Origin: Paraspadella gotoi | Lineage: Eukaryota > Animalia > Chaetognatha | Direction: 5' to 3' | DNA: 64,000 bases | Assembly (NCBI GenBank): GCA_051294375.1 | Contig: CM119268.1 | Span: forward strand, 18,244,005-18,308,004 | In this document: positions 41,091 to 53,200 of the stretch, in pieces | Position numbering within the stretch: position 1 is the stretch's first letter | Layout of the letters: each line of letters begins with the position of its first letter | Translations under genes and position numbers: made by a program | Notes under the pieces: model-generated | Told to the model about the DNA's origin: nothing | The model's database searches: none | What the model saw: only the letters and a program-made list of their open reading frames with translations

Positions 41091-41870
41091 TTCACGTTTC
41101 CTCGAAGCCGCCCGGAGTCTTTGATCCCGGGAAACGATAAACTTTAAACCACCCCTGGGTCCATTGCTGACCAGCACGGGTCAGTGAGGAACCTCTCACA
41201 GCACCTGACCTTTTGCATCGGGTTATTCACACTGAGGGGGGCTAGGATTTCTAGATTCCCGGCTATGACCGTGGGACAAATAAGATTATTGAATGGAAAG
41301 GAAGAATGTGTATTTACCGATTCCCTTGTAAGAATTGGGAGAGACTCAGAAACGTACTCAGAATCAATGAAACACCATTTGAAAAAGAGTCACTGATGAA
41401 CAAAGATCAAAGCGGATGGCGCCACGAGAAATTGCCACTGATTTATCTCCGGAATTCTCTTGATGGGGACGGCGCGTCGGAGGCGGTCGCGTTCGCAAGG
41501 TCAATGACCTCAACAATTTCAGTTGGAAATTAGAATGAAAATTTCAAATTGTGACTCAGAGAGAAAGACAGAGAGAGAGTGAGAGAGAAAGATAATGAAT
41601 TTACTATGCCGTTCTCCCCTCAAAGCAATTGAGATGGTTATCGTATTTCGGTCTCACAGGAAAAGTTTAACCTTCGAATTCTCGGGTCGAAAAAAATTCG
41701 ATCCTTGAAAATTCGTGATTCTTAATTTAAAACCTGAAGTCTTCTCATGATGTCTAGCAGAGGATGGATCGAGTTTCACGATTTAAAATTAATTTTGGAG
41801 TAATTTTGATAAATAAAACTGTAACGGTGAGAGAGAGAGGAGAAGAGAGAGAAGAGAAGAGAGAGAGAAG

Positions 41871-41910
<40 letters not shown>

Positions 41911-42423
41911 CCATGACTCAGAGAATATATATTGCAAAACGTAATCACTCCTTTCCGAGTTATTAAAGATATAGAAGATTTAGAAAATATACTATTTAGT
42001 AAAAGATTTAAAAGATATAACAGATGTATAATTTCTCTAAGGATTGACATTTTGGCTCCGTTAAAAATCGATAGGATGTTAGAAACTGCATTATAAAACA
42101 AACCTAACAAGACCTCAATGAATTCTTCCAAGGAACGGTTCTTATCTCTTCCATATGCAAGAGTTTCTGACCTCGTTTCAAGCGAATGAGTTTAGCCTCG
42201 TTAGACGCGGAAGATAAAGTCTCTGTTGCGCCTGAAGCTGGAAAAGTCGGTCGGAGTCGAACTTACAACGAAGTCTATCAGTGTCAGTATAAGACCCGGT
42301 CTCCCTCTCAGAATGATCTTATATACATAGAAAGGATAGTCAATGATAGTGCAACCATTATATCGTCTGAGGTAAGGAAATTTTGAGCTACAGGATTAAG
42401 AATTAAGCTAAATATATGAAAAA

Positions 42424-42580
42424 GACTGAGAGTCTTGATTGAAAGTTTTCAGGGTCCTGCAAACTTTAAGTGTAAGTGTTATAAAGCCCTTTTAAAACCA
42501 CCAATGCCAAGTAGTGGGCAATTTAGCTTATTTTTTAAATGAAAGGATAAATTTTATATTGGTTGTTTCAATTTCATATA
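42424..42580 (-). mobile_element. Dispersed repeat B, inverted copy (re-copy of the 35560 locus)
   Basis: Reverse complement TATGAAATTGAAACAACCAATATAAAATTTATCC..TCAAGACTCTCAGTC matches 6191-6356. Confidence 0.65.
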
Positions 42581-45207
42581 GTAAAGAATATCTACAGATA
42601 AAGTCTCATATTTTCTTCTTTTTTTCATTTATTCTTATTCTTATTTTATTTTCCTTTTTTCCCCCTCTTTTTCCTCCGTCTCCCTCTCTCCATCTCTTTC
42701 TTCGCTTTCTCGCTTTTCTATCAACTTATTCGGCGCCGGATGTCGAAATTGGAAGATTAATCGTCGCCGGCGTCGTTGTCGTTCACGTCGTCGTTGTCGT
42801 TGTCTTCAACAACATCATCGTCGACATCATCGTCGCCATCGTCGCAATAATCGTCGTCGTCGACCCAAGAATTCAACTCGAATCTTGTTCCCAGAGGGAA
42901 ATAGAATTTCGCTCATCCGAGTTCCCAATTCGTCTTCTTGCCCGCCCAGTGCTTGCCCGCCTAGTGGTCTCCCGCCCACTTTTTGTTCGCCTAGTGACCG
43001 ACTGCCTTGTGCTTGCTCGCCTCTCAATTAGTCAACATCTCTAGTCAGTATCGGTAGCCTGTATGAGGATATATTTTTCGTTGCGGATATTTTAAAATTG
43101 GGTTTAAATGTCGCATTCACGTTTATTGTAAATCGTGATGCTCGGAAGCTTGTTTTCGCAAACATCATATGAATATAATAAATTTGCACTGCCTAAATCT
43201 TAGAGTTTTTAATTATTCTCTTGCAAATTCCGATTCCTTCCAACAACATGGAAACGCCATGTTTTAATTTCTCCCACTCACGGCCGATGTAGCCAAATCA
43301 AGTCGCGCACTACGAATACCCCGCATCACACAAACTCCACTCGTCACAAGCTCGGAACGATTCACCAATCACCACCTCAAAATTCTCATCGCTAAACCAA
43401 TTTAGTTTCTATGGAGACCGAAAATCGACCTCATCACTCACTGGATTCATTTGTCAGCTGAAAGTTATCATGTGGAGATTATCGAACTAGTGTTATCTCT
43501 TCGCTCTCTCGCATCCTCTCGCTCTTCGCTCTGCCTCTCCTCTCTCATTCTCTCTCTCTCTCTCTCTCTCCTCTCTCTCATCTCTTTCTCGTCGCTTCCT
43601 CTAATTAAAAGATGAGATTGGAATCGTAAAATCCAAGAGGAGGTTGTGATGTGACGTTTGAAAATTGGAACGATTCAAGTTGCCAAATAAAATTTTTTTT
43701 CCCGCCAATTTGCCAACTTGAGCAGCGGCCAAGTTTTTTATTAAAACGGCCTCCCGCAAAAAAAGAGAGTAAACAAATGTTAAGCGTACAATATCATAGG
43801 AAGAAATACATTTTCCGGAAGATATTTTGCTTGATTATCATTGTGAATTCACAACATTTCATTAATTGACGAAGTAATGAGTAAAAGTTAAATTTTTCAA
43901 ACTTGTGTTGAGCATTAGGTTAAAGAAAACAAAAAATTAACGGGGAAGTGAAAAGACGAGAAAAGGACGAGAGATCATTCCTTTCCTTTGTTTGTCGTGA
44001 CAGTTGTTGTTGTTGTCGTCAGAGTATTCGTCGACATCGTNNNNNNNNNNCCTGCTCGTCAATGCGGCTATCATCGTCGTCGTTGTGGTTGTCGTTGCTG
44101 TGGTTGTCGTCATCGACACTGAAAAGCGACGCGAAATGAAAATAANNNNNNNNNNNNNNNNNNNNNNNNNNNNNNNNNNNNNNNNNNNNNNNNNNNNNNN
44201 NNNNNNNNNNNNNNNNNNNNNNNNNNNNNNNNNNNNNNNNNNNNNNNNNNNNNNNNNNNNNNNNNNNNNNNNNNNNNNNNNNNNNNNNNNNNNNNNNNNN
44301 NNNNNNNNNNNNNNNNNNNNNNNNNNNNNNNNNNNNNNNNNNNNNNNNNNNNNNNNNNNNNNNNNNNNNNNNNNNNNNNNNNNNNNNNNNNNNNNNNNNN
44401 NNNNNNNNNNNNNNNNNNNNNNNNNNNNNNNNNNNNNNNNNNNNNNNNNNNNNNAAATATATTTTATATTTGATAAAAAATAAATGGTTACTTTTTTCTT
44501 TTTTTCTTTTTTCCTTTTTGAGATGATAGTTTTTAGTCCTATTATTACATTCGTATGTAAAATGCTTCAACTTTAAAAAGGTTACTGACTCCCTTCACCC
44601 CTTTACTCACTCGAGGAAGAAAAGGATTAATGGAGTCGAAAGAAAAGGAAAACCGAATTGAAGAAGATAAGGGAAGAAAAGTCCGGATCTGATGGAGGAA
44701 GAAAGACAAAGAAGATCCGAGATAATAAAAAAGACAAAGGAGAACGGAGAAATAAAGAAAGACAAATGGAGATCCGAGAAAGAAAGAAAAGACGAATCAG
44801 AAGAAGAGATCTGAAGAGATAAAAGAAGAAAGATAAAGAGATCGAGAAAAAGAAAAAAACAGGAGATCGAAGAAAGAAAAAAAAAAAAAGGAGAAAGAAA
44901 GAAGAGAAAAAGAAAGAAAAAAGAATAAGAAAGAAAAAGAGAAAGTAAAAGAAGAAAGATAGAAAGAAAGAAAGAAAGAAATAAAAAGAAAGAAAAAAAA
45001 ACAAAAGGATCCGAGAAAGAAAGAATGAAAAGGAAAGCGAGAAAAAGGGAAGAAAGAATGATAAATGGATGAATGGAAAAAAAGACTAGATTGACAAAAA
45101 TAGATATTCTGAATTTAAAAGGTTGTCATAAAAAAGGAAAAATGACGCTAAATGAGAATCGGTAATATTAAATAAAGAAAGGAAGATAAAGTAAGTAAAA
45201 GGAATAA

Positions 45208-45209
<2 letters not shown>

Positions 45210-45299
<90 letters not shown>

Positions 45300-45322
45300 G
45301 AGAAAGAAAGAAAGAAAGAAAG
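45210..45322. repeat. (AAAG)n microsatellite
   Basis: Near-perfect tetranucleotide run; a (TTTC)n equivalent lies at about 6995-7110. Confidence 0.95.
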
Positions 45323-46069
45323 AAGTCCCGTTTAAATTGTTCGTATTTGTCACTATCGTTTATATCAGTCCCCACAAACACTCCACACTCTCCACAATTC
45401 CCCCAAACACAAGACCCACCGCGGAAACGATCCTCGATTGTTTTTCGCGTTTTTATGACGAATTCGCCGTCGGTGACTTTTTGATGACGAACACGGAAAA
45501 TCGCTCAACGCAGTCACGTGACCCTTTTATTTGTTTTCTTATTTTTTTGAGTTTTTTTTTGTCGATGAGAAATAATAAAAAGAAAACGATGTATATATTG
45601 TCGTCACGGCGAGAGAAAGAATGAGAATTCTGACCACGCAAGAAGGGGATAAGCTGCACAACTGCTTCAGTCAAGCGTTCGCCGCGATAAAAAAAAACAA
45701 ACCAAGGCGCTCATCCGGGGACGGAATGAGTCATTGCGTTAGTTAATCGCGACTTTCTGAAAATGCTATTTGATTCCATTGAGGTAAGGAAAAAAATCGG
45801 GTGAGGAAAGTAAGGCTGCGAGGCACGAGCGAGAGATGAGGCGAGCGAGTATGAGAAGAGACCTCAATTTCCCCCGTTATTGCATTAACGTACCGCAGTA
45901 CGAAGTTATTTATTGTTTTTCTTTTTTAAACAATTTTTAAACAAAAAGATTTTTTTATTCGTTCTCTGCGTGCGAAACGCCGTTTCTCTTCCAGCCAGCC
46001 ATGCACCGTGCACAAGGAAGGAGAGGGGGGGGGAGAAGAGGAGGCCGGATCGTGCCACCTGATGAGAAA

Positions 46070-46130
46070 GGGACGTCGACCAATGAGATGTCGAGGCGTA
46101 ATGCACGTCAGCCAATCAGACGTCGAGTTG
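46070..46130. promoter_or_regulatory. CCAAT-box/CRE-like cluster, putative promoter
   Basis: GACCAATGAG and AGCCAATCAG about 31 bp apart, flanked by GACGTC and CACGTCA, in CpG-rich sequence; another GGCCAATAAG at about 46665. Confidence 0.4.
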
Positions 46131-46179
46131 CGTCCTCGGACGAGAGGAATACGCGATAGCTGGGAAGGAGGGAAGGTGG

Positions 46180-46272
<93 letters not shown>

Positions 46273-46484
46273 ACGAGGTTGGAAAGGAAGGCATGAGAGG
46301 GTAAGGCGTAACTCGAAGGCAAGTGAAAGCGTGGGAGCGAGAAAGTGGAGAAGGGTGATTTGTTGCTACGCGACGCGAAACACGAGAGGGTGTTAAAGTC
46401 AAGGGTTAAAAAGCGATGTTTTACAATATGTTATGTTTTACATGAGTAAGTCTAATACCAAAATAATTGTTTACCTCACTACAT

Positions 46485-46557
<73 letters not shown>

Positions 46558-47212
46558 GTCTCGTCTCTCTCTCTTCGTGCCATTTCTTCCCCTCCTCCGT
46601 TCCAAATCCCCAGCTGATAAGTGCGAAAAGAACGCGACTCGCTACGTCGCCCGCGTCAAGCGTCGGCCAATAAGAAGCAAGCGTCACCGGAAACCGTCAA
46701 ATCAGGATTTCGGAAAGAATATTTTTTTCGAAGAGAAGAAAACATAAACTGAAAAAAAAAAAGTTAAAAAGTCGATTTTTTAATGTCGGATTTCCGATTT
46801 TTACGTTTAATTTTTTTGAAATTGATCCTCATCTTTTTTTTTTTCATTTTCTTTTTTAAAACAAAATCAAGAATCAAGATCAACAAGAAGAGAACAGACG
46901 ATGTATACGAAAAAAATGTTTTGAACAACATTAATGTTTATTTTTAATAACGAGTGTTTGACAAAAAGCCACGACAGTAACAAAACGATTTCTCTCTCAT
47001 AGACGTTATTTTTTTTTTGTTTTTGCCTCCAAGAAATAACGCAATCGGTTCGTATTAAAGTTAAAAGCAAAATCAGGAATTAACAAATTTTAGTCTCCTT
47101 CGAAAAGACGACGCAGTGTCCCTTCCCCTGTCCCCGACTAACTAGCTAAACATCACCCCTGACCCCTTTCTGTGAAATCCCTCGACCACCCCATCCACCC
47201 CTGTCTTCGTTA

Positions 47213-50200
47213 TCACGGGGGTTGTCCCAACGTGGTCGTCGACACCTCCTTGACGCCCTCAGATTCGCAGATGAACCAATGGGTGAAGTTGCAGTTGGCT
47301 TGGACCAGCGGAGGATCGTAGCGATTGTAGATCTCGCTGAAGGTGGCGCGCTGGCACACCCGCTTCCGCCGTCGACGATCGAGTTGCTCGCGGGTCTGCG
47401 TCCCGAAGCATCTGGAGTGGAGGATAAATGTGGGGAAGCTTTTTGAGATGGGAGCGGTATACATAGACAGACAGACCGTAGGATAGAAGACAAGAGAACA
47501 AAACACCACTAACCAAGTATAAAAGGGGACATACATTTAGAACAAGACAGTAAAATTGACTGGAAAGAAGTTAGAAAATCAAACACGCAAATATGAGAGA
47601 CAGACAAATAACCCTAAAGCCAAAAAACACAGTTCAACAAAGTCCCCCAACTCACCTCGCCCCCGCGCCCTCGTTCGATCCGCAGTCGTGATTCTTGCTG
47701 TGCGAGCAAAGCTGCAGAAAGTCTTCGTCTCCTCGACACTCGACGGAATCCATTGCGAAGTCGGAAGAGACTTTCCCGAAGGCGGAGACCGTCGTCGCGG
47801 TTCCGTTGACGTAACCGAGTTGACGACAGACCACCGACGCGTCACGATCGTCCCAGGAATCGTCGCAAACGGGGCGACCGCCCACGAGGACGTTGCCCTG
47901 CGAGGGTGGGGGGGATGAAAGGTGGGGTGGTGATGTGGTAAAAGGGAGCGGGTGGGGTGAGGGGAAATGGAGGGAGTTGATTTAATTGGCTTAAATAAGA
48001 ATCTACATATACATATATATTTTTTTTTTGTAATTCTCCTAACCAAGGTTTAATTTCTGTATTTGTATGTTGTTTTATTTTAGGTTTTAATTTTCAAGTA
48101 TGTTTCACCCCAGAAAAAAGATATATCCAACTGGTAATGTATTGTTTTAAACAAAAATTATATTGGGTTCTTAAAAAATGAAGTACGATAAATAATTTAT
48201 CAGCGCTATTATCCGTTATCCGCCCCTCATAAGCTCTTGCAGTTATCATTAGAACTTCAAGTTGTTCTTTCAAGTTACTTCACTTTCTATTTTCACACAT
48301 ACATTCCCAAATTAACCCTCCCCATCCCATCCTCGGCCCCTCACCTTGCTGGCGTCCTCGCCGCCGACCAGCCTGACTTCTCCAGGCATCGTCGAGCCCG
48401 ATCCCACCCACCAGTAGGAAACCCTGGCCACCGAGTCTTCACCCAGAGCCAGCCGGCTCGTCTCGGCCGTCTTGCGCTCAGACCGGAGATCAACCAACCG
48501 CGCGTTTAATCGCCGCCGACAGAAATTCTCGGCGGCGGCGAAAGTCTGTTGGCTCCGGACGAAGTAGAGACAAGAGGTGGCGTTGATGACGCTCAGGGTA
48601 AGGTTGGCCGGTGGGGGTTGGGCTTGGAGGGTGAGGCGCAGATTAAAGAGAAAGGGACAGATAAATAGGAAGTGAAGAGACAGTAATTATTGTTATGTGT
48701 TAGTGACAGAACCGTTCAATATAAGCAGTCCCTGAGCTTCGGATCAGGCTGTAACACCATGTTACAGGCGGGTTAAGCGCCCCGTCCCTCTTAACTGCCA
48801 GACGACCACCGGGCTAGAAGCCCGGACCCTTGGGTTGGGAGGCGAATGACTTTCCTCCGGCACCAATGGCCGCTGATGAACGGTTGGTGGATTTTAGTCC
48901 ACCATAGAAGAAATAATGTGATATTTAACAATATTGTTTGTTATTATTTCATTTTCTGGATTCATCAACGGACTTACAATAATTATTCTTAAATAAATAG
49001 AATGAAATTGGTTTAACCAATATTATCAATTCATTCAATAAATAAGCTTTCTGGCCCCTGACTTTTGTAGTTAGACCTTCATCTCTCATCGAAATTTACA
49101 AGATATAACCATGGCAAGGCCCTGCAAACTTTTAGAATGTCCTCACAATCAAGTTTATTAATTCCCAGAGCTTCCCTATCAATCAAGTGATCAACATTTT
49201 TGTTTGTATATATGAATGAATCCTAATGAACTCAAAATTTCTACTCACTGGCGGTTGGCTTCTCCTTGGTCTGTCCCTTCACTTCACAAATGAACCGCAG
49301 ATCGAAGAAACAGGCTTGGCTTCTGAGTTTGAGGTCGCGGGTCACGACGCCGCAGTTGTACATCGTTGAAGACTCGTTCCACTCCGAATGGTGGCTAGAA
49401 AACAATTTTGATCACATCGCTTATAACAAGAATCGGATTTATCAAGAAAATATAGTAATTTTTTGTAATAAATTGATTTTGACACACAATTGCAGCTTGC
49501 CTCGGCGTAGAAAAAATCAATAGCTAAAAAAAAAAAAAAAAAAAAGACAAAACCCGAGAAAAAGAAAAGAAAAGCAAAACTATATAACTTTCATATTGTT
49601 AGTGACCTGTCCCATTCTGACTCGTTCGCCAATTGACCGTTGACCCATCGCCATTCAGTCTCCTCATTCTGAATAGAAAGTGGTAATTAAAAATCATAAG
49701 TTTAAACAGAATAAGGATAATTTAAATTTTGAATACATACATACATACATACATAGATACATTCATACATACATACATACAAGATACAAGTTCTTTCGAG
49801 GAAAACAAATGCTGTATTTTTCAACTATTTTTTGCTTTCAACTGTTACGACTACTGCCAATAGCAGAATTATCCTCATTCTCACCTCATCATTGCGCGTT
49901 CGGTTGAGGCCGACCCAGAATTTCTGCAGCCCTATCGAACGGTGGACATCTCGCCTGAGGTCGTCCAATTCGCCGAGACGCAGGATGGAGGCTGAGGCGA
50001 GGTCGCCGCCCTCTTTGCGGCAAATCTGTGGCAATTGGGGAGAACCTTCTCGAATATTGATTTTTGAATATTGATTTTTATTTATAGTATTTTTAAAAAA
50101 AATGTCTCGCTTTTTTATTAGCATTTATAAAACAGTAAAACAAAAGAATAAAGAATGACCTCTCTCGCGTCCTGCCACGTTTCCAGCCCCGCGTTTCACC

Positions 50201-53200
50201 GCATAGAAATTCCCGTTGGGATTCTTTTTGTAGTCTGAAAATGGAAAGAGAAGAAGAGCTGAGAATTTTCGTTGTTTTCATTTGCGTCTCCTTTCCTCCT
50301 TCTTTCTTCTTTCCTTGGTTTCCTTCATTTTCTTCTTTCTATCTTTCTTTCTGTTTTTCTTTCTTTCTTTCTATCTTTCTTTCTTTCACGTTTTCTACTC
50401 GCTTTTCCACGGTCCCCTCTCTTTCCCCAACCGGCCCAACCCCCCTCCCACCTCAACCTCGTTTCCACTCATCCACCTTTTCCCCAATGCCCTTCTTCCG
50501 CCCCCCACCCACCCCCACCCCCAAACCGGTCCCGGCGTCCTCTCCCACTCCGGCCGATAGTCGGTGCAGCCTAGACACTTGCAGTGAGAGATGTCGCCGC
50601 CGCAGTAGCCGACGGTGAGCAGCAGGGTGAGTCCGTCCGCGGGTCGCAGGTCGATTTGAGGCCGAAGACTGGGCGACTCGGACCGCAGAGGGAATCGGGG
50701 CGGACAAAGTCTGGGGGGGGGAGAAGAGACGGACGGGAAAGATCAATTAATTAGTTTATTAGTTAATTTGTCTTTATTGTCTATACGACTTAACATACTA
50801 CTAGTATGTACTGTAAGTTTTATTTTACCCGGATATGTACATTTAAATAGCTTTTCGTTCTATTTCTTCTTATTTCATTGTTGTTTAGATTGTTTATACC
50901 TTCTTTATGGATAATCAAATTTCTTTACAAAGATTTTCTCGACAGTGGACCATTGAACCTTAAATAACATTTAAATGTATATTAAAAAGGTTTATATATC
51001 TGAATTTACCTTTGGCTTGACACAATGGTATATGGCAAAAATCCCACCTGCAAAAAAAGAGGAAAATTATGTCATAGTAGAAGCCATTTTTTATGTGCAA
51101 TAAGACTAGCTTGCCCCCGGGGACATAATTTTGGGTTTGACCGGTCATTTATTTCAACGGGAGGGCAATAATAGCAACCTTAGGTTTCTTCACTATCCTA
51201 TAAAATGTATTTTCCCTATCTTCCCCCGCCACCGCACTATCCCACCAGTCCTCACCTCGCTCTCTCCGGATTCCCGAAGAAACACCAAGGCTTCGTCTCG
51301 TTGTTTGGATTCCTGCAATAATTCGCCTCCAAACTGGACGCTTTCGTTGCTAACGTCGCTTTGACGACGCGTTCCGCGTTGAGTCTCTTCTCCGGCACGA
51401 GGCTCCATTGAAGGCACGGATGGCCGGAACGCGTGGTGGCCTGGGTGCCTCGGTAGTCGGAGCCGGAAGGATCGAAGGAGCACTCGGCTGAGGGGAAATG
51501 AGATGGAAAAGATATAATATACAATATATATATATATAATCATTCTCACTTTTTTCTTTTTCACTCACTTCCAAAATTTAATATCTTTTATCCTCACTTC
51601 CTTTTCCATCTATCCAAACATCTAAATATCTTTCAACTTACTTTTTTTTCTTTATTCAAATCCAAACCTTTCCTAACAGAGTCAAGAACTCCCCTTTTCT
51701 CTTGTCCATAAAACTCTAACCATCAAATCCTCACCCCAATCAACCTTACCCTTCTTCCGTCCACTCATTCACCTCTCTCGTCCAGGATGGAGATGCACTG
51801 GGGTTCTGAGACGACGCTCTCCTCGACAGGCTCGTCCGCGTCGGGAGAAGGGATCTCGCAGACGAAGGAAAGCCATCGGTAGCAGGGGGCGACGGTCCAG
51901 TGATGGGGTTCCGTGATGGTGCTGATGTTGTAGGCGAGGCAGAGATCCTCGGTGGATAAGGACATGGAGTCAACTCGCCAATCTTGGTAGGTCGCGCTGG
52001 AAGTCGGACGGGGATGGGACGATGAATGATGATGATGATTTATGATAAATACGCAGATTGATGATAATAACGATGACTACGATAATGGGATGGGGGATGA
52101 GTTTCTCGTGTCCAATATACATCAGATTAACTAAAATGTCAACAACAATCAATTTGATTCCTACCTGACCAATTGCCCGTTGCTGATCCACTTCATTTGA
52201 TGCCTCAATCCCGAGGCGCCCAACCATTTGACTCGTTGTTCCTTTTGGTGTCGGGGATGAGTGTGCGTCACAATGTAGCGCTGAAAAAATATGAATAAAA
52301 CACTTTTTGATGACTTTTTAAATAATTATATTTATTTTGGTTCATTGTTTTTATTCTTCCATTCTTTTTTATTTCTATATCTTTTCCATAAGATTTTCTT
52401 CTCTTTTTATTCTTTTCTTTTAAATTTTTCCTTTACTCCCTTCCTCCTTTCCTTTCCTCCCATCCACACCTTGAGCTTGTCGTTCTCCTCAAAAGTGTCC
52501 GGTCTGGCGAGATATCCTCCATGTTTGACGCAATAATCTTGCGCACGACGCCACCGCATGGGAAAGCTGACGAAGAGGTAGCAAGATGTGGCGTTGCCTG
52601 TAGTAAATGCCGCTATATAATTTTTGTTTATACAGTTATCTACGTCAACATGTAATTCTAGACGCTTTCAGGCAAGCCTAAAGCACCCCATGTGAGTAGT
52701 GAATGTATTTCCGTACGTTCATACAATCAAAGTTCACTATTCTCACCAAACTTAATCACTCGTTTGAATCAACCCGATCACTCTGCAGTCTGGACTCACT
52801 CGGACAGAACTTCTCCGGAGGCGTCATGTCGTATTCGGGCATCGGACGCCATGCCGCGTTCTTGGACGGCGCTTCGCAGACGACAGGCCGTCGAGCGTCG
52901 CAGCGGACCGTCCGCCATTTTCCGCTGCCGTCGTTTAATTCGGCGCAATGGAGGCCGGCTGTTGAAGGTTGGGGGGGGGGCGATTATTATAGTTATTTGT
53001 TTGGTTAACATCTTGATCTTTAACTATATCATTACGAGTAATATTTTTTGGTAACTTAACAAAAATAATTTATCTGTATTTCATTTTTACAGAATCATGA
53101 AATATACAATCGCACTGAAGATCAGAAAATTGGACGAAACATTTACAAATGCCTTTTTTAAAAATAGATTTATTATAAAACTGAAAAAAAGGCTTTTAAC

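Larger units (their letters stand above)
14530..45650. other. Multiply re-copied segment (direct and inverted), probable long-read gap-fill/haplotype misassembly
   Basis: 14530-15500 recurs at 15700-16830. About 15700-20300 is inverted at about 25750-30150. About 19850-25720 recurs at 30176-34500, and about 31830-38770 recurs at 38809-45650. Four gaps are exactly 25 N and the copies differ mainly by scattered 1-nt indels. Confidence 0.85.

Noticed and set aside
41120-41285. Telomerase RNA or RNase MRP/P RNA
   Set aside because: No CTAACCCT template and no GGAAAGTC-type CR-I motif; only superficial 3' resemblance.
45765-45790. Plus-strand mini-exon ATGCTATTTGATTCCATTGAG|GTAAGG
   Set aside because: Good donor, but no downstream in-frame plus-strand exons were found before the convergent lectin gene.
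48868-48915. CTGATGA as a hammerhead ribozyme core in repeat A
   Set aside because: Copy 1 has TTGATGA, and no correctly placed stem II-GAAA-stem III-UH arrangement was found.
50161-50615. Programmed frameshifting or pseudogenisation of the lectin gene
   Set aside because: The shifts are single-base and in or near short G/C runs in an assembly with evident indel errors; the other exons and splice sites are intact.
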